The notes beneath the pieces are model-generated. The model was not told where the DNA came from. It did not search any database and worked only from the letters and a program-made list of their open reading frames with translations. Source: Macrostomum lignano (lineage: Eukaryota). Taken from it: a DNA stretch of 64,000 nt. A program made the translations under genes and the position numbers. Positions 40,290 to 52,533 of this stretch are shown here, piece after piece (position 1 is the first letter of the stretch; each line of letters opens with the position of its first letter). Where the stretch lies: the NCBI GenBank assembly GCA_002269645.1, contig NIVC01000645.1:62001-126000 (forward strand), written 5' to 3'.

Positions 40290-40401
40290 TATAAATTGTT
40301 GCATCAGCTGTGCGCAATGATCAGTTCGTCTCGTTTTATTTATTTTATAATTAATTATTTTTGTTAACTTTTTGCTAAATTCTCTTACTCATTCTGTAAG
40401 T
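40290..40401 (+). promoter_or_regulatory. Candidate TATA + Inr and non-coding first exon for the TRIM71-like gene
   Basis: TATAAA at 40290, TCAGTT at 40321, strong donor GTAAGT at 40396. Confidence 0.33.
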
Positions 40402-40857
40402 GTTGTGTGTTCTGCGTCAACTTTAACTCTTATTTCATTTGTGTAGTTTTTTACATACGAATTAAAAGTTAAAAAGGCTGATGACACGCGGGGTAACGCC
40501 TGGCATTTTCCATTTGATTCTTAATGTTTTTTTAAATAATTCAGGGTATTGTATTCTTTGTAACAAGTGAAATCTGGTAGTCGACAAAGCGCTCGTATCT
40601 GTTTGTTGCTATGGTAATCGTGACTGTTGACTTCCCATCTGTTTGTCTGTCTGCGAATAATTTAGCTAAATATATTATCTTACTACCAATTGAAATTCTG
40701 CTTTTGCTAATTATTTTTCTGTCAATTTACTTATATTGCTACTTTTAGTAGGATTATTGGCGTTTTCTAACAAATTTGAAAGTTTTTAGGATTCAAATAT
40801 AAGTTCACACGTCTGCGTTAGACTATTTTGACGATTTTTACAGTGTATTAGCAGATC

Positions 40858-41370
40858 AGACTAATTCACAATCAGCAGATTAGGCGCTTAGTGTCTAATT
40901 TAGACTAATTCACAATCAGCAGATTAGGCGCTTAGTGTCTAATTTAGACTAATTCACAATCAGCAGATTAGGCGCCCAGTGTCTAATTTAGACTAATTGG
41001 CAATTAGATGATTAGGCGCTTAGTGTCTAATTTAGACTAATTCACAATCAGCAGATTAGGCGCCCAGTGTCTAATTTAGACTAATTGGCAATTAGCTGAT
41101 TAGGCGCTTAGTGTCTAATTTAGACTAATTCACAATCAGCAGATTAGGCGCCCAGTGTCTAATTTAGACTAATTGGCAATTAGCTGATTAGGCGCTCAGT
41201 GTCTATTTAGACTAATTGGCAATTAGCTGATTAGGCGCCCAGTGTCTAATTTAGACTAATTCACAATTAGCAGATTAGGCGCCCAGTGTCTAATTTAGAC
41301 TAATTGGCAATTAGCTGATTAGGCGCCCAGTGTCTAATTTAGACTAATTGGCAATTAGCTGATTAGGCGC
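40858..41370. repeat. 44-bp palindromic tandem repeat
   Basis: Unit AGACTAATTCACAATCAGCAGATTAGGCGCTTAGTGTCTAATTT and variant with CTAATTGGCAATTAG. Confidence 0.95.
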
Positions 41371-41544
41371 TATCCAACTATCAGCTTACCCGCATACATG
41401 TAAGAACAATCTGCAATTGCAGGCGCGCCTCTTTGTGCTGCGCCCGACCGGCCCCCGACTTGGCCAATTCTGAATTGAGCTCAGCTGTTTTGAGTCTTAT
41501 CTGAGTCATTAATTAACTGATTAATATCAATCACGCTAGCGCCC

Positions 41545-42093
41545 ATGTCCGATATTAATAACTCGCACGGAGTTGGCGAGGATCTGTACAGCGGCGGCGC
41601 CTTCGGGATCGTCAGCAGCGGCGGTGGCAGCGCAGCGACGGCCCAGCTGTTCCCTCTTGTTGACGATGGTCGCGGCGGTGGCGAAGACTTCTTGACTCAA
41701 CAGCAGCAGCAGCAGCTGTTTTTGGACACCAGGCTGTCCGGCCTGAGTCTGGGCTCTGAGAAGTCCTTTGCTCAGCAGCAGCCGCAGATGTCTTCATCGT
41801 CTAGCAGTGCTCAACCATCTGCTCAAGCCATCGGCAGCAGCCGGTTTCTGTCCTTGGGCCTTCAGCTGCACGACAACTACAGCTCGGCCTCGCCTGCCGG
41901 CGTCAGCAACGGCACCGACTTCCTGCTGCCGCCGGCTGCGTCGCCTTTCTGGTCTGACGCCGCTTCGCCGACTCGTCAGCCGCTGACTAACGGCACTGTC
42001 GGCGGGCTCCGGTCGCCTTCCAGTGTCGCTGGATTCGGGGGAGGCGGAGGCTACTCAAGCTGCTGCCACTGCCGGGCCTCTTGCAGTACTCAG
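41545..42093 (+). CDS. TRIM71: TRIM71/lin-41-like protein, exon 1
   Basis: Low-complexity Q/S/G N-terminus ending CCHCRASCSTQ|gt; phase 0. Confidence 0.75.
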
Positions 42094-42117
42094 GTACTGA
42101 TTCACAATCTTTGCTCC

Positions 42118-42497
42118 TCTGTGACCTTGTTTGACATCTGTGGCCTTGACATCTGTGACCTTGTTTGGCATCTGTGACCTTGTTTGGCATCTGTGACCTT
42201 GTTTTACATCTGTGACCTTGTTTGGCATCTGTGACCTTGTTTGGCATCTGTGACCTTGTTTGGCATCTGTTGACCTTGTTTGGCATCTGTGACCTTGTTT
42301 GACATCTGTGACCTTGTTTGGCATCTGTGACCTTGTTTGGCATCTGTGACCTTGTTTGGCATCTGTGACCTTGTTTGGCATCTGTTGACCTTGTTTGGCA
42401 TCTGTGACCTTGTTTGACATCTGTGACCTTGTTTGGCATCTGTGACCTTGTTTGACATCTGTGACCTTGTTTGGCATCTGTGACCTTGTTTAACATC
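42118..42497. repeat. 19-bp intronic minisatellite
   Basis: Unit CATCTGTGACCTTGTTTGG. Confidence 0.96.
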
Positions 42498-42589
42498 TAT
42501 AAACTTTATTTTTACGAGCTCAATTGCTAAAATCCAGGCTGATATTTGACCTCGTGTGACCTCTAGAAAACGCCTTTCCCATCCCGCAG

Positions 42590-43084
42590 TCGGTGTGCCC
42601 GTCTTGTCGCGAGCGCGTCTGTCCTGACTGTGTCGGCAGCGGCCGTCACTCCTCCCTCTGCTCCGGGCCGGTGGCCGCCACCTCCAGTCGCCTCGTACCG
42701 CTTGCAGCGGCTGCGGCCGCGGCGGCGGCGCCCTCTCCGACCCCGCCGTCGGCCGCCGGTCCGGGTAGCCCGAGCGCCGGCGCCAGCAAGCGGCCGCTGC
42801 TGCCGCCGTGGAGCCGGCAGGTCGGCGGCGCGGGCCAGCCGGCTGTATCGGGCGCCATCGAGCGGCTGGAGCAGAAGGAGAACAGCGTCGCCGCCCAGTA
42901 CGACGAGGTCGCCCAGCGGGTGCGGGCGCACTTCAGGCAGCTGCGCGACCTGGTTGCCGAGCGGGAGAGTCAGCTCGCGTCTGCCCTTCTGCAGGTCAAG
43001 ACCCTGAAACTGGCCACCCTTCAGGAGCAGCGGGCCGCCCTCATGGAGGCTGGGGCCGGAGCCGATCTCACCTACCTGCTGCAG
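42590..43084 (+). CDS. TRIM71: TRIM71-like protein, exon 2 (B-box completion, coiled coil)
   Basis: cccgcag|SVCPSCRERVCPDC...H; coiled coil VAQRVRAHFRQLRDLVAERESQL...KTLKLATLQEQ. Confidence 0.88.
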
Positions 43085-43149
43085 GTGCGGCTGGTTGGAT
43101 GCCTCATTGCATTTGGCTTTTGTGCCTTTGATCTTCCTAAGAACTGTCC

Positions 43150-43385
43150 ATCTAATTCCTGACCCCCGTGACCCCCCTATCCTGAAGTCTGACCTCCCCT
43201 GAACTGTCCATCTATTACCTGACCCCCGTGACCCCCCTATCCTGAAGTCTGACCTCCCCTGAACTGTCCATCTAGTACCTGACCCCTTGATCCCCCTATC
43301 CTAAAGTTTGACCTCCCCTAAACTGTCTATCTAATATCTGGCCCCAATGACCCCTCCCCATATTCTCAAGTTTCACCTCCCCCGA
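43150..43385. repeat. ~60-bp intronic repeat (about 4 copies)
   Basis: CTGACCCCCGTGACCCCCCTATCCTGAAGTCTGACCTCCCCTGAACTGTCCATCTA. Confidence 0.9.
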
Positions 43386-43454
43386 ACCTCAAATCTGTCA
43401 GTCTGATTTCCATGACCTTAAGCAGTCAATCTGACTCCTGCTGACCCCCCTCAG

Positions 43455-43760
43455 CCGTGGGAGGACGAGCGCCTGTTCTCGGTGCAGCCGCCGCTGGACT
43501 TGGCCCGGCTGGTGCGCACCAGCTGCGCAGTGTACAGCAGCGCCTGCGCCCAGTTCTGCCGCCTGGCCCTGGCCAACGGCGACAAGGCCTTCGTTGGCAA
43601 GCCGTTCGCCTTCCGCCTGCTGGTGTTCGACCACCTGCGCCAGCCCTGCACCGTGTCGGCCAATGAAATTGATTTGCACCTGAGATTGGACTGCGCCGAT
43701 GCAGCCGCTCTCAATCCCTACGGCCAGGTGCAGCCGCTGAGCTTTCCGGGACAGTACCAG
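43455..43760 (+). CDS. TRIM71: TRIM71-like protein, exon 3 (filamin-type Ig)
   Basis: ctcag|PWEDE...VGKPFAFRLLVFDH...GQYQ|gt; 306 nt. Confidence 0.85.
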
Positions 43761-43784
43761 GTGCGGGCGCTTCCTAATTAACCT

Positions 43785-44265
43785 ATTCACTAGGAAATCT
43801 CATAATTCACTAGGAAATCCCGTAATTCACCAGGAAATCCCATAGTTCACCAGGAAATCCCATAATTCACCAGGAAGTCCCATAGTTCACCAGGAAATCC
43901 CATAATTCACCAGGAAATCCCATAATTCACCAGGAAATCCCATAATTCACCAGGAAATCCCATAATTCACCAGGAAATCCCATAATTCACCAAGAAATCC
44001 CACAATTCATTAGGAAATCCCATAATTCACCAGGAAATCCCATAATTAACGGAAAATCCCATAATTTTCAGGGAAATCCGATAACTCACCAGGAAATCCC
44101 ATAATTAACGGAAAATCCCATAATTTTCAGGGAAATGCGATAACTTACCAGGAAATCCCATAATTAACGGAAAATCCCATAATTTTAGGGAAATCCGATA
44201 ACTCACCAGGAAATCCCATAATTCACCAGGAAATCCCATAATTTTCCAAGAAATCCCATAGTTTG
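43785..44265. repeat. 20-bp intronic minisatellite
   Basis: Unit CACCAGGAAATCCCATAATT. Confidence 0.95.
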
Positions 44266-44352
44266 CCTAAAAACCCAGTCGCTAATCACTGGAAATCCCA
44301 CAGAAAATTTATAAATCCCACTTCAATCCCCAAAATTACTCCCCGTCCGCAG

Positions 44353-44739
44353 GTGACGCTGGTGCCGGAGCGGCCCGGCCGGATCACCGTCAACCTGCGG
44401 CTCCGCGGCCGCCACGTGCCCGGCTCGCCCTTCGTCCTGCCGGCCCTGGAGGCCCGCGACTACGCCCAGCTGGGCTCGGACGTTCGCGTCATCGGTCGTC
44501 AAGGCGACGGCGATCTGGAATTCAACCGGCCTTGGGGCATCTGCGCCGACAATGCGGACAACCTGGTGATCGCGGACCGGTCCAACAACCAGATCAAGAT
44601 TGTGCACAGCTCCGGCAGCTTCCTGCGAAAGTTCGGCCAGCGTGGCGAGGGGCCCGGCGAGTTCAACCGGCCCGCAGGCGTCTGTCTCGGCTCCGACAAA
44701 AGAATCTACGTTGCCGACAAGGATAACCACCGGGTTCAG
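44353..44739 (+). CDS. TRIM71: TRIM71-like protein, exon 4 (filamin end, NHL 1-2)
   Basis: HVPGSPF; FNRPWGIC..ADRSNNQI; FNRPAGV..VADKDNHRVQ. Confidence 0.93.
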
Positions 44740-44814
44740 GTGCGCCCGGCCTTTGGCGTCTGAGCATACAGGACTGAAGCTCTCCCGGACTTGATCCTTT
44801 CCATTTGATCCTTC

Positions 44815-45980
44815 ACTATGCTTCTCCTGAACTATGCTTCTCCTGAACCTTCAGGACACCATGCTTCTCCTGAACCATGCTTCTCCTGAACCTTCAGAAC
44901 ACCATGCTTCTCCTGAACCTTCAGGACACCATGCTTCTCCTGAACCATGCTTCCCCTGAACCTTCAGGACACCATGCTTCTCCTGAACCATGCTTCTCCT
45001 GAACCTTCAGAACACCATGCTTCTCCTGAACCTTCAGGACACCATGCTTCTCCTGAACCATGCTTCCCCTGAACCTTCAGGACACCATGCTTCTCCTGAA
45101 CCATGCTTCTCCTGAACCTTCAGGACACTATGCTTCTCCTGAACCATGCTTCCCCTGAACCTTCAGTACACCATGCTTCTCCTGAACCATGCTTCTCCTG
45201 AACCATGCTTCCCCTGAACCTTCAGTACACCATGCTTCTCCTGAACCATGCTTCTCCTGAACCATGCTTCTCCTGAACCTTCAGGACACCATGCTTCTCC
45301 TGAACCATGCTTCCCCTGAACCTTCAGGACACCATGCTTCTCCTGAACCTTCAGGACACCATGCTTCTCCTGAACCATGCTTCTCCTGAACCTTCAGGAC
45401 ACCATGCTTCTCCTGAACCATGCTTCTCCTGAACCTTCAGGACACTATGCTTCTCCTGAACCATGCTTCCCCTGAACCTTCAGGACACCATGCTTCTCCT
45501 GAACCTTCAGGACACCATGCTTCTCCTGAACCATGCTTCTCCTGAACCTTCAGGACACCATGCTTCTCCTGAACCATGCTTCTCCTGAACCATGCTTCTC
45601 CTGAACCTTCAGGACACCATGCTTCTTCTGAACCATGCTTCTCCTGAACCTTCAGGACACCATGCTTCTCCTGAACCTTCAGGACACTGTGATTCTCTTG
45701 AATCTTCAGGAAACCATGCTTCTCTTGAACCTTCAGGACACCATGCTACTCATGAACCTTCAGGACGCCATGCTACTCCTGAACCTTCAGGACACCGTAA
45801 TGCTTTTTACGAATATCTCCTAATATTTCCACCTTTTTCACCTTCTGGTCAATATTTTCGCCTGAACCTTCAGGCCAGTATTTTCGCCTGAACCTTCAGG
45901 CCAGTATTTCCACCTGAACCTTCAGGCCAATATTTCCACCTGAACCTTCAGGCCAATATTTCCACCTGAACCTTCAGGCC
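44815..45980. repeat. 16/27-bp composite intronic minisatellite
   Basis: CCTGAACCTTCAGGACACCATGCTTCT interspersed with CCTGAACCATGCTTCT. Confidence 0.96.
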
Positions 45981-46033
45981 CAACCCTTTCCGCACACCTT
46001 CAAGCTTGAGTCCCCTCGCCGGCCTCACCGCAG

Positions 46034-46405
46034 GTGTTCACGTGGACCGGGCAGTTCATCCGCGTGTTCGGCAAGCAGGGCAAGGGCCCGGGCGAGTTCA
46101 ACTATCCCTGGGATCTGGCTGTGGGCAAGGCCGGCCGTCTGGCCGTGGCAGACTCTCGCAACCACCGCATCCAGCTGTTCTCGGAGGATGGCGATTACGT
46201 CACCGAGTTCTCCATCGCCCGCAGCCCCGGCTTTGCCGGAATCAAAAGCTTTGACTGCCCGAGGGGCATCGTGTTCACCTCCTCTGGCCAGCTGCTGTGC
46301 ACCGACTTCAATCTGCATCGCTTCCTGGTGATTGAGTCCGACTTCTCCCAGGTCAGGTTCATGGGCGTCGAAGGCCAGGGGCCTGGCCAGTTTTGCCGTC
46401 CTCAG
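46034..46405 (+). CDS. TRIM71: TRIM71-like protein, exon 5 (NHL 3-4)
   Basis: FNYPWDLAV..DSRNHRIQLF; FDCPRGI..TDFNLHR; FCRPQ. Closely follows the TRIM71/wech repeat order. Confidence 0.94.
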
Positions 46406-46449
46406 GTCAGTGCTTGCAGTTTCATTATTTTTTTATTCAAATATTCCAT

Positions 46450-47105
46450 TAAAATCCCCAAATCCCCAGTTTTATTTTTAGAAATCCCAAAATTCCCTGA
46501 TTCTAAAATATCCCAAATCCATAGTTATAATTAATATCCCCAGATCTCCAGATTCTAAAAAATCCCCAAATCCATGGTTATAAAAAATCCTAATCTCCAG
46601 ATTCCAAAAATCCCTAAATTCATCGCTGATTTTAAAAGATCCCAAATCCAAAGTTATAATTAAAATCCCCAAATCCCCCGAATTCATAGAGTAAAAAATC
46701 CCAAATCCCTCGATTCTAAAAAATCCCTAATCCAGTTATAAAAAATCCCAAATCCCCATATTTTTTTAAAATCCCAAATTCCCATATATATCAAAAATCC
46801 CAAATCCCCATACTTATAAAAAATCCCTAATTCCCCATCCCCTATCATTTATCAAAAATCCAAAAAAACTAAATTTAGTTTTATTAAAAATCCCCAAATC
46901 CCCATATTTATCAAAAATTCCCAAATCCCCATATTTATCAAAAATCCCCAAATCCCCATATTTATCAAAAATCCCCAAATCCCCATATTTATCAAAAATA
47001 CTAACGATGTCCCAAGTTATCCACAAATTCTTTTCTTATGAGATCCCTAAATCTCTAGTTTCAAAAAATTCCCTAATCTCCATTTTTATTCAATCCCCAA
47101 ATCCC
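46450..47105. repeat. Degenerate AAATCCC(C) intronic repeat
   Basis: Includes 27-bp units AAAAATCCCCAAATCCCCATATTTATC. Confidence 0.9.
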
Positions 47106-47109
47106 CCAG

Positions 47110-47322
47110 GGCATCGCCGTGGACCTCGAGGGCAACATCATCATCTGCGAGGCGCGCAACCACCGGCTGCAGATTTTGAATTCGCGCGGCGCCTTCGTCC
47201 GCGCCTTCGGCTCCAACGGCAGCAAAATCGGCCAGCTGAACCGGCCAGCCTGCGTGTGCGTGCTGAGCACCGGCCAGCTGGCCGTTGTGGATTCGGAGAA
47301 TCACCGAGTCCTGCTGCTCTGA
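47110..47322 (+). CDS. TRIM71: TRIM71-like protein, exon 6 (NHL 5-6, stop)
   Basis: cccccag|GIAVDLEG...RNHRLQIL; LNRPAC..DSENHRVLLL*. Confidence 0.93.
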   Translation, partial: GIAVDLEGNIIICEARNHRLQILNSRGAFVRAFGSNGSKIGQLNRPACVCVLSTGQLAVVDSENHRVLLL

Positions 47323-47628
47323 GCTGCCTGTCTTTTCCAGCATTCGCTGCTCAACTTCAGGGATTTTTTATTGCTGCTATCAGGCTTGATTTTGGATTCA
47401 CTTGAGCTTTGATTCGCTCTCTCCTTGCTGCACCAAACCCGAACCCAAAGTTAAGCAGAGTTGGCATAGGTTAGTATCAGTTTTGTTACAAAAGCTTCAA
47501 AGTTGACCTCAAATGACCTCAGAGCTAAGTTTGAGTGGTGCAGCCGGGATTGAGTTCGTGCTGGTAGTTCTCAGCTAGCTGGGCCAGATAAAAGCCGTCA
47601 TCTTGTTGTTCCTGCTTCGGCTTACCGA

Positions 47629-47636
47629 CTACCTCA
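47629..47636 (+). promoter_or_regulatory. let-7 8mer seed match in putative 3' UTR
   Basis: CTACCTCA, 307 nt after the stop codon. Confidence 0.6.
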
Positions 47637-48169
47637 AGCAGACGAAGTCATTTCTTATTGCTACAAAAATCCGCTCTGTTTTGGTAAATTTTTTCTGGCT
47701 TTGCTCCATATTGGCGCATGACACTACTCTGTTAATAGCAGTAGTATCTTCGAGTGTGTAAAATTAAAGCCATCATTAACAGTTAATTTATTATTTATAA
47801 TTCTGAATTGCTTTTTCGCTTTTACCGAATAGTTGTTTAATTATGTGAATGCGCGAGACACTCAGGGCGCTCTGACATTATCATCATCAATACTTTGACG
47901 AATTTGAGCTTGGATTTCGGCTGGGACCTGCTATTGCTGACTGAGCATGCGTGTTTTCCTAATTATGCCCAGCGTACATCTTTCAGTGTCTGAGTTGCCA
48001 AACATCATTTAGAATTTCAAATTCAACAATTAGGCTTGATTTATTTGTTTAACTGTTTGCGCCTCTGGTGGGCGCCGTCTTTTCACGGCGGAACCCCCTG
48101 ATGTTTTACTGCCTGTGTTTTGTTTGTTTTGCCTCTGGCGAAAGTTTTTTAAACACGGGCTTATGCAAC

Positions 48170-48830
48170 TGGGCTTAGTCATTTGAATGCGGGCTTAGTC
48201 ATTTGAATGCGGGCTTAGTCATGAGCTTAGTCATTTGAATGCGGGCTTAGTCATGAGCTTAGTCATTTGAATGCGGGCTTAGTCATGAGCTTAGTCATTT
48301 GAATGCGGGCTTAGTCATGAGCTTAGTCATTTGAATGCGGGCTTAGTCATGAGCTTAGTCATTTGAATGCGGGCTTAGTCATGAGCTTAGTCATTTGAAT
48401 GCGGGCTTAGTCATGAGCTTAGTCATTTGAATGCGGGCTTAGTCATGAGCTTAGTCATTTGAATGCGGGCTTAGTCATGAGCTTAGTCATTTGAATGCGG
48501 GCTTAGTCATGAGCTTAGTCATTTGAATGCGGGCTTAGTCATGAGCTTAGTCATTTGAATGCAGGCTTACTCGTGAGCTTAGTCATTTGAATGCGGGCTT
48601 AGTCATGAGCTTAGTCATTTGAATGCGGGCTTAGTCATGAGCTTAGTCATTTGAATGCGGGCTTAGTCATGAGCTTAGTCATTTGAATGCAGGCTTACTC
48701 GTGAGCTTAGTCATTTGAATGCGGGCTTAGTCATCGGCTTAGTCATTTGAATGCGAGCTTAGTCATCGGCTTAGTCATTTGAATGCGGGCTTAATCATCG
48801 GCTTAGTCATTTGAATGCGGGCTTATACAT
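48170..48830. repeat. 32-bp minisatellite
   Basis: Unit GCTTAGTCATTTGAATGCGGGCTTAGTCATGA. Confidence 0.96.
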
Positions 48831-49564
48831 AGGCTTTGTCATCCAGTAAAACACATGGTCTCATATGGCTAACCCAGCTGTGTTTGCTTAACTCGTGTTT
48901 CAGAAACCCCATAGCAGTTCCGTGTTTCATAATTCATTACTCCATTGCCAATGATACTACTTATGCCGCCGCTGAGCGTCAGTAGCCACTAGAGCGATTG
49001 ATTCTATTTTGCTGTAATCATAAATTTAAGCGCCCGATAATCCGTTTAGATTCCTTCATAGGTGCGCAGGTTCGACATGAATAATCACTATCATCATTAT
49101 TATCATTGTTTGTGTTACCCACTATTTTGCTAATGCTCCAATGTACAACATTGATCAGGTATGCCTATTGTGCATTAAGATTCCTGTTCGCTATTGTGCT
49201 CAACACAACAATAAGCGGCAGGTCTAATCAGGCCTATTGTGTTTTTTATTTATTTTCACACACATTTTTTGCCACAGAGGGACTTATTTTGTGCTTTAAC
49301 CGCGCTGTGGTCTGCCAGACTATCAGGGACCGCTTGTCTGCTGCTCTTGAGCAGAGTTCTACCTTTTTCATTTGTGTTTTGCCGCTCTGATTTTTTGTAC
49401 ACGTTTGCGCACTATACTACTTCCCGTTTTATTAAGTAGCTTGAATTCCTTCGATTGTCTGTAAAACAAATCGTTTTTTTGTTATATTTTGCATGCTCTT
49501 GTTTTTTTGACTCTCCGTGCTGATTTCCGTATCAGGGACTTGCTGAGGTTGAGCTCGCTAGTGA

Positions 49565-50255
49565 GATTACTTTAGAGCTGATTCTGAGGCCTGTTTGGAG
49601 CTGATTCTGAGGCCTGTTTGGAGCTGATTCTGAGGGCTGTTTATTGTCTGATTCTGAGGCCTGTTTATTGCCTGATTCTGAGGCCAGTTTATTGCCTGAT
49701 TCTGAGGCCTGTTTTTTGCCTGATTCTGAGGCCTGTTTATTGCCTGATTCTGAGGCCAGTTTATTGCCTGATTCTGAGGCCAGTTTATTGCCTGATTCTG
49801 AGGCCTGTTTATTGCCTGATTCTGAGGGCTGTTTATTGCCTGATTCTGAGGCCTGTTTATTGCCTGATTCTGAGGCCTGTTTATTGCCTGATTCTGAGGC
49901 CTGTTTATTGCCTGATTCTGAGGCCTGTTTATTGCCTGATTCTGAGGCCTGTTTATTGCCTGATTCTGAGGCCTGTTTATTGCCTGATTCTGAGGCCTGT
50001 TTATTGCCTGATTCTGAGGCCTGTTTATTGCCTGATTCTGAGGCCTGTTTATTGCCTGATTCTGAGGCCTGTTTATTGCCTGATTCTGAGGCCTGTTTAT
50101 TGCCTGATTCTGAGGCCTGTTTATTGCCTGATTCTGAGGCCTGTTTATTGCCTGATTCTGAGGCCTGTTTATTGCCTGATTCTGAGGCCTGTTTATTGCC
50201 TGATTCTGAGGCCTGTTTATTGTCTGATTCTGAGGCCTGTTTATTGCCTGATTCC
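49565..50255. repeat. 24-bp minisatellite
   Basis: Unit CTGATTCTGAGGCCTGTTTATTGC. Confidence 0.97.
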
Positions 50256-50919
50256 GATGTTCAAAGACCTGAGGAAAAAATTTAACGCTCACTCGCTGCG
50301 ACTCGCCCGGCACGCCTTTGTCGCAGTTTTTGACAAAGAAAATGGCTTGAATTTATATAAATTATTGCTTATTCTGCTATCTTTTATTCTGTATGTACCC
50401 TCTTGTTGATTCTGTTTATTTTTTCCTTGTTTATTTGGCCGCGTGCTCCAAGCCTCTCATTAACAAGCTTCAGTTATTTCTAACAGAAGACACAAATCAT
50501 GGCAACACCGTCATATCAACCGCACCTGCAGTGAGTCGTGTTTTGTCCTGACAAATTCACTTTTTTGTAAATATGAGCTGTTCTCAAGTTTCGCCTCGCT
50601 TTCAAAGTGTCATTAAAGTGAGTTCCTTTGAAGCGGCCTGCATCTAATAATGTATGCTAGTAGTACTAATGACATTAACCAAAGCTAATTCAGAAATCAG
50701 GGACGCATCGCAGACATTGTGACTGATTTTTTCCCATCCTAATCTTCCTTGGCTCGCGCGTAAGCTTCAAGCTGGACGGGTATCTGAAATGCTCTCAATG
50801 CTACCCTGTAGTTTCACCATCGCCTGTTGCTAACAACTCTTTGTTCTGTATTCGGCCTTTGTTTCCGTTGCTCGTGTTATTTGTTTTCCATTGCTAATGT
50901 GCTCGATTTTACTTGACTA

Positions 50920-51355
50920 CTATCCCAATCGGGATGCTGAGATCCCATAGCTAATTAATAGTTATCCCAATCGGGATGCTGAGATCCCATAGCTAATTAA
51001 TAGTTATCCCAATCGGGATGCTGAGATCCCATAGCTAATTAATAATTATCCCAATCGGGATGCTGAGATCCCATAGCTAATTAATAGTTATCCCAATCGG
51101 GATGCTGAGATCCCATAGCTAATTAATATTTATCCCAATCGGGATGCTGAGATCCCATAGCTAATTAATATTTATCCCAATCGGGATGCTGAGATCCCAT
51201 AGCTAATTAATATTTATCCCAATCGGGATGCTGAGATCCCATAGCTAATTAATAGTTATCCCAATCGGGATGCTGAGATCCCATAGCTAATTAATAGTTA
51301 TCCCAATCGGGATGCTGAGATCCCATAGCTAATGAATAATTATCCCAATCGGGAA
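50920..51355. repeat. 42-bp tandem repeat (about 10 copies)
   Basis: Unit TATCCCAATCGGGATGCTGAGATCCCATAGCTAATTAATAGT. Confidence 0.96.
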
Positions 51356-52178
51356 TATGATGTCCACTATTATTAATCCCGCCAAGCATATCACTTACAG
51401 CCTAGGTTTTTACTCCTAAAAGCTGTTTTGCTATTCTAATGTGCTTACCCTATAATCGTATTGAATCGAACTAATTGACTACACGCAGCTTCTTGCTCAT
51501 GAAAACTGCTTCGGCTGCCTAGTTTCACTCCTAGCGTAATTTCGTATTTGATTATTTATACTTATTAATTTTTATAGACAGATGCCCATTATTCTGGCGG
51601 TGTTTCGCCGCTTCGCTGCCAAACAGCAAATCCTAGCATACTTTTTTCGTTTTGTTTCAATTTGAATTTAATTAATGATATCATATTTTATATTTTTTCA
51701 CTAAAAAGCTAGAAAAGGCTTGAAAGTTTTTGTCTAACAACCATTTGTCTGTTTAATTATTTAATGTTTGTTTGTTCTATTTTTCGCGTTCCCGCATCCG
51801 CTAATTTCTAACTTATTTGTTTCCTTCTGCCCTATTCTATTAACCATCGCGCTGGTTTACTCGACTTAGCTAACTAAATAAATCATATATATTTGATTCA
51901 ATCGCTCCGCTATTTTCTCTCTTGAGATATAAAACTAATCAAAAAGTTCGCGTATTCGTCTGCTTTTGTTGGGATTATTTCTAGAAACAAAGCGTGCTGT
52001 GCGTTTGAAACGAACTACTAGTTGTGTGTAGTCGCAAGGGGAGTGGCAGAAGCAGTTGTAGTTGTAGTACGCTACATTACGTGCAAGTCTCTACATAAAA
52101 TCCTTTATTTCAGCGCAAAAGCGTTATTTAGATACTCGTAATGTTTGGTTTACGTGAATATTGAATAATTATTTATGT

Positions 52179-52533
52179 TTTTTTTAGAGGCAGGGGGGTT
52201 GTGTGCACCCTGGCGCACTTTAAGCGACATAGGCACACAACCGGCGAGAGGCATTACTGCCCATTCCGCCGACTCCCCTGAGCAGGCACACAAGCGCGGA
52301 TACGTACGCAGGCACACACTCACACAGGAGTGTACAGCGGACCTACTTTATATTATCGTTAGGCATGTACACTTCACTGCGCCTTGGGGGGGGGGGGGGT
52401 TGGCTCTCAAGGCCGTTAATTGCACGAGCAGAGCCAAGCCGAGATTCCAATTCAGCCCCAAATTAATGTGACTGCACCTGGAATCGAGCCTGGGTCGCTG
52501 GCACACCAGAGCAGCTGAGCTACGCCCCCCCCC
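52179..52533 (-). mobile_element. tRNA-derived SINE
   Basis: Minus-strand head GGCGTAGCTCAG (A box) and GGCTCGATTCC (B box), short poly(A) tail, 12-bp TSD AATTATTTATGT (52167-52178; 52534-52545). Confidence 0.85.

Noticed and set aside
47506-47521. Two TGACCTCA motifs as extra let-7 sites
   Set aside because: They lack the TACCTC seed core (mismatch at miRNA position 7).
49567-50409. NQAINRPQ / LILRPVYC repeat proteins
   Set aside because: All frames are open because the 24-bp unit lacks stops in them; there is no gene context.
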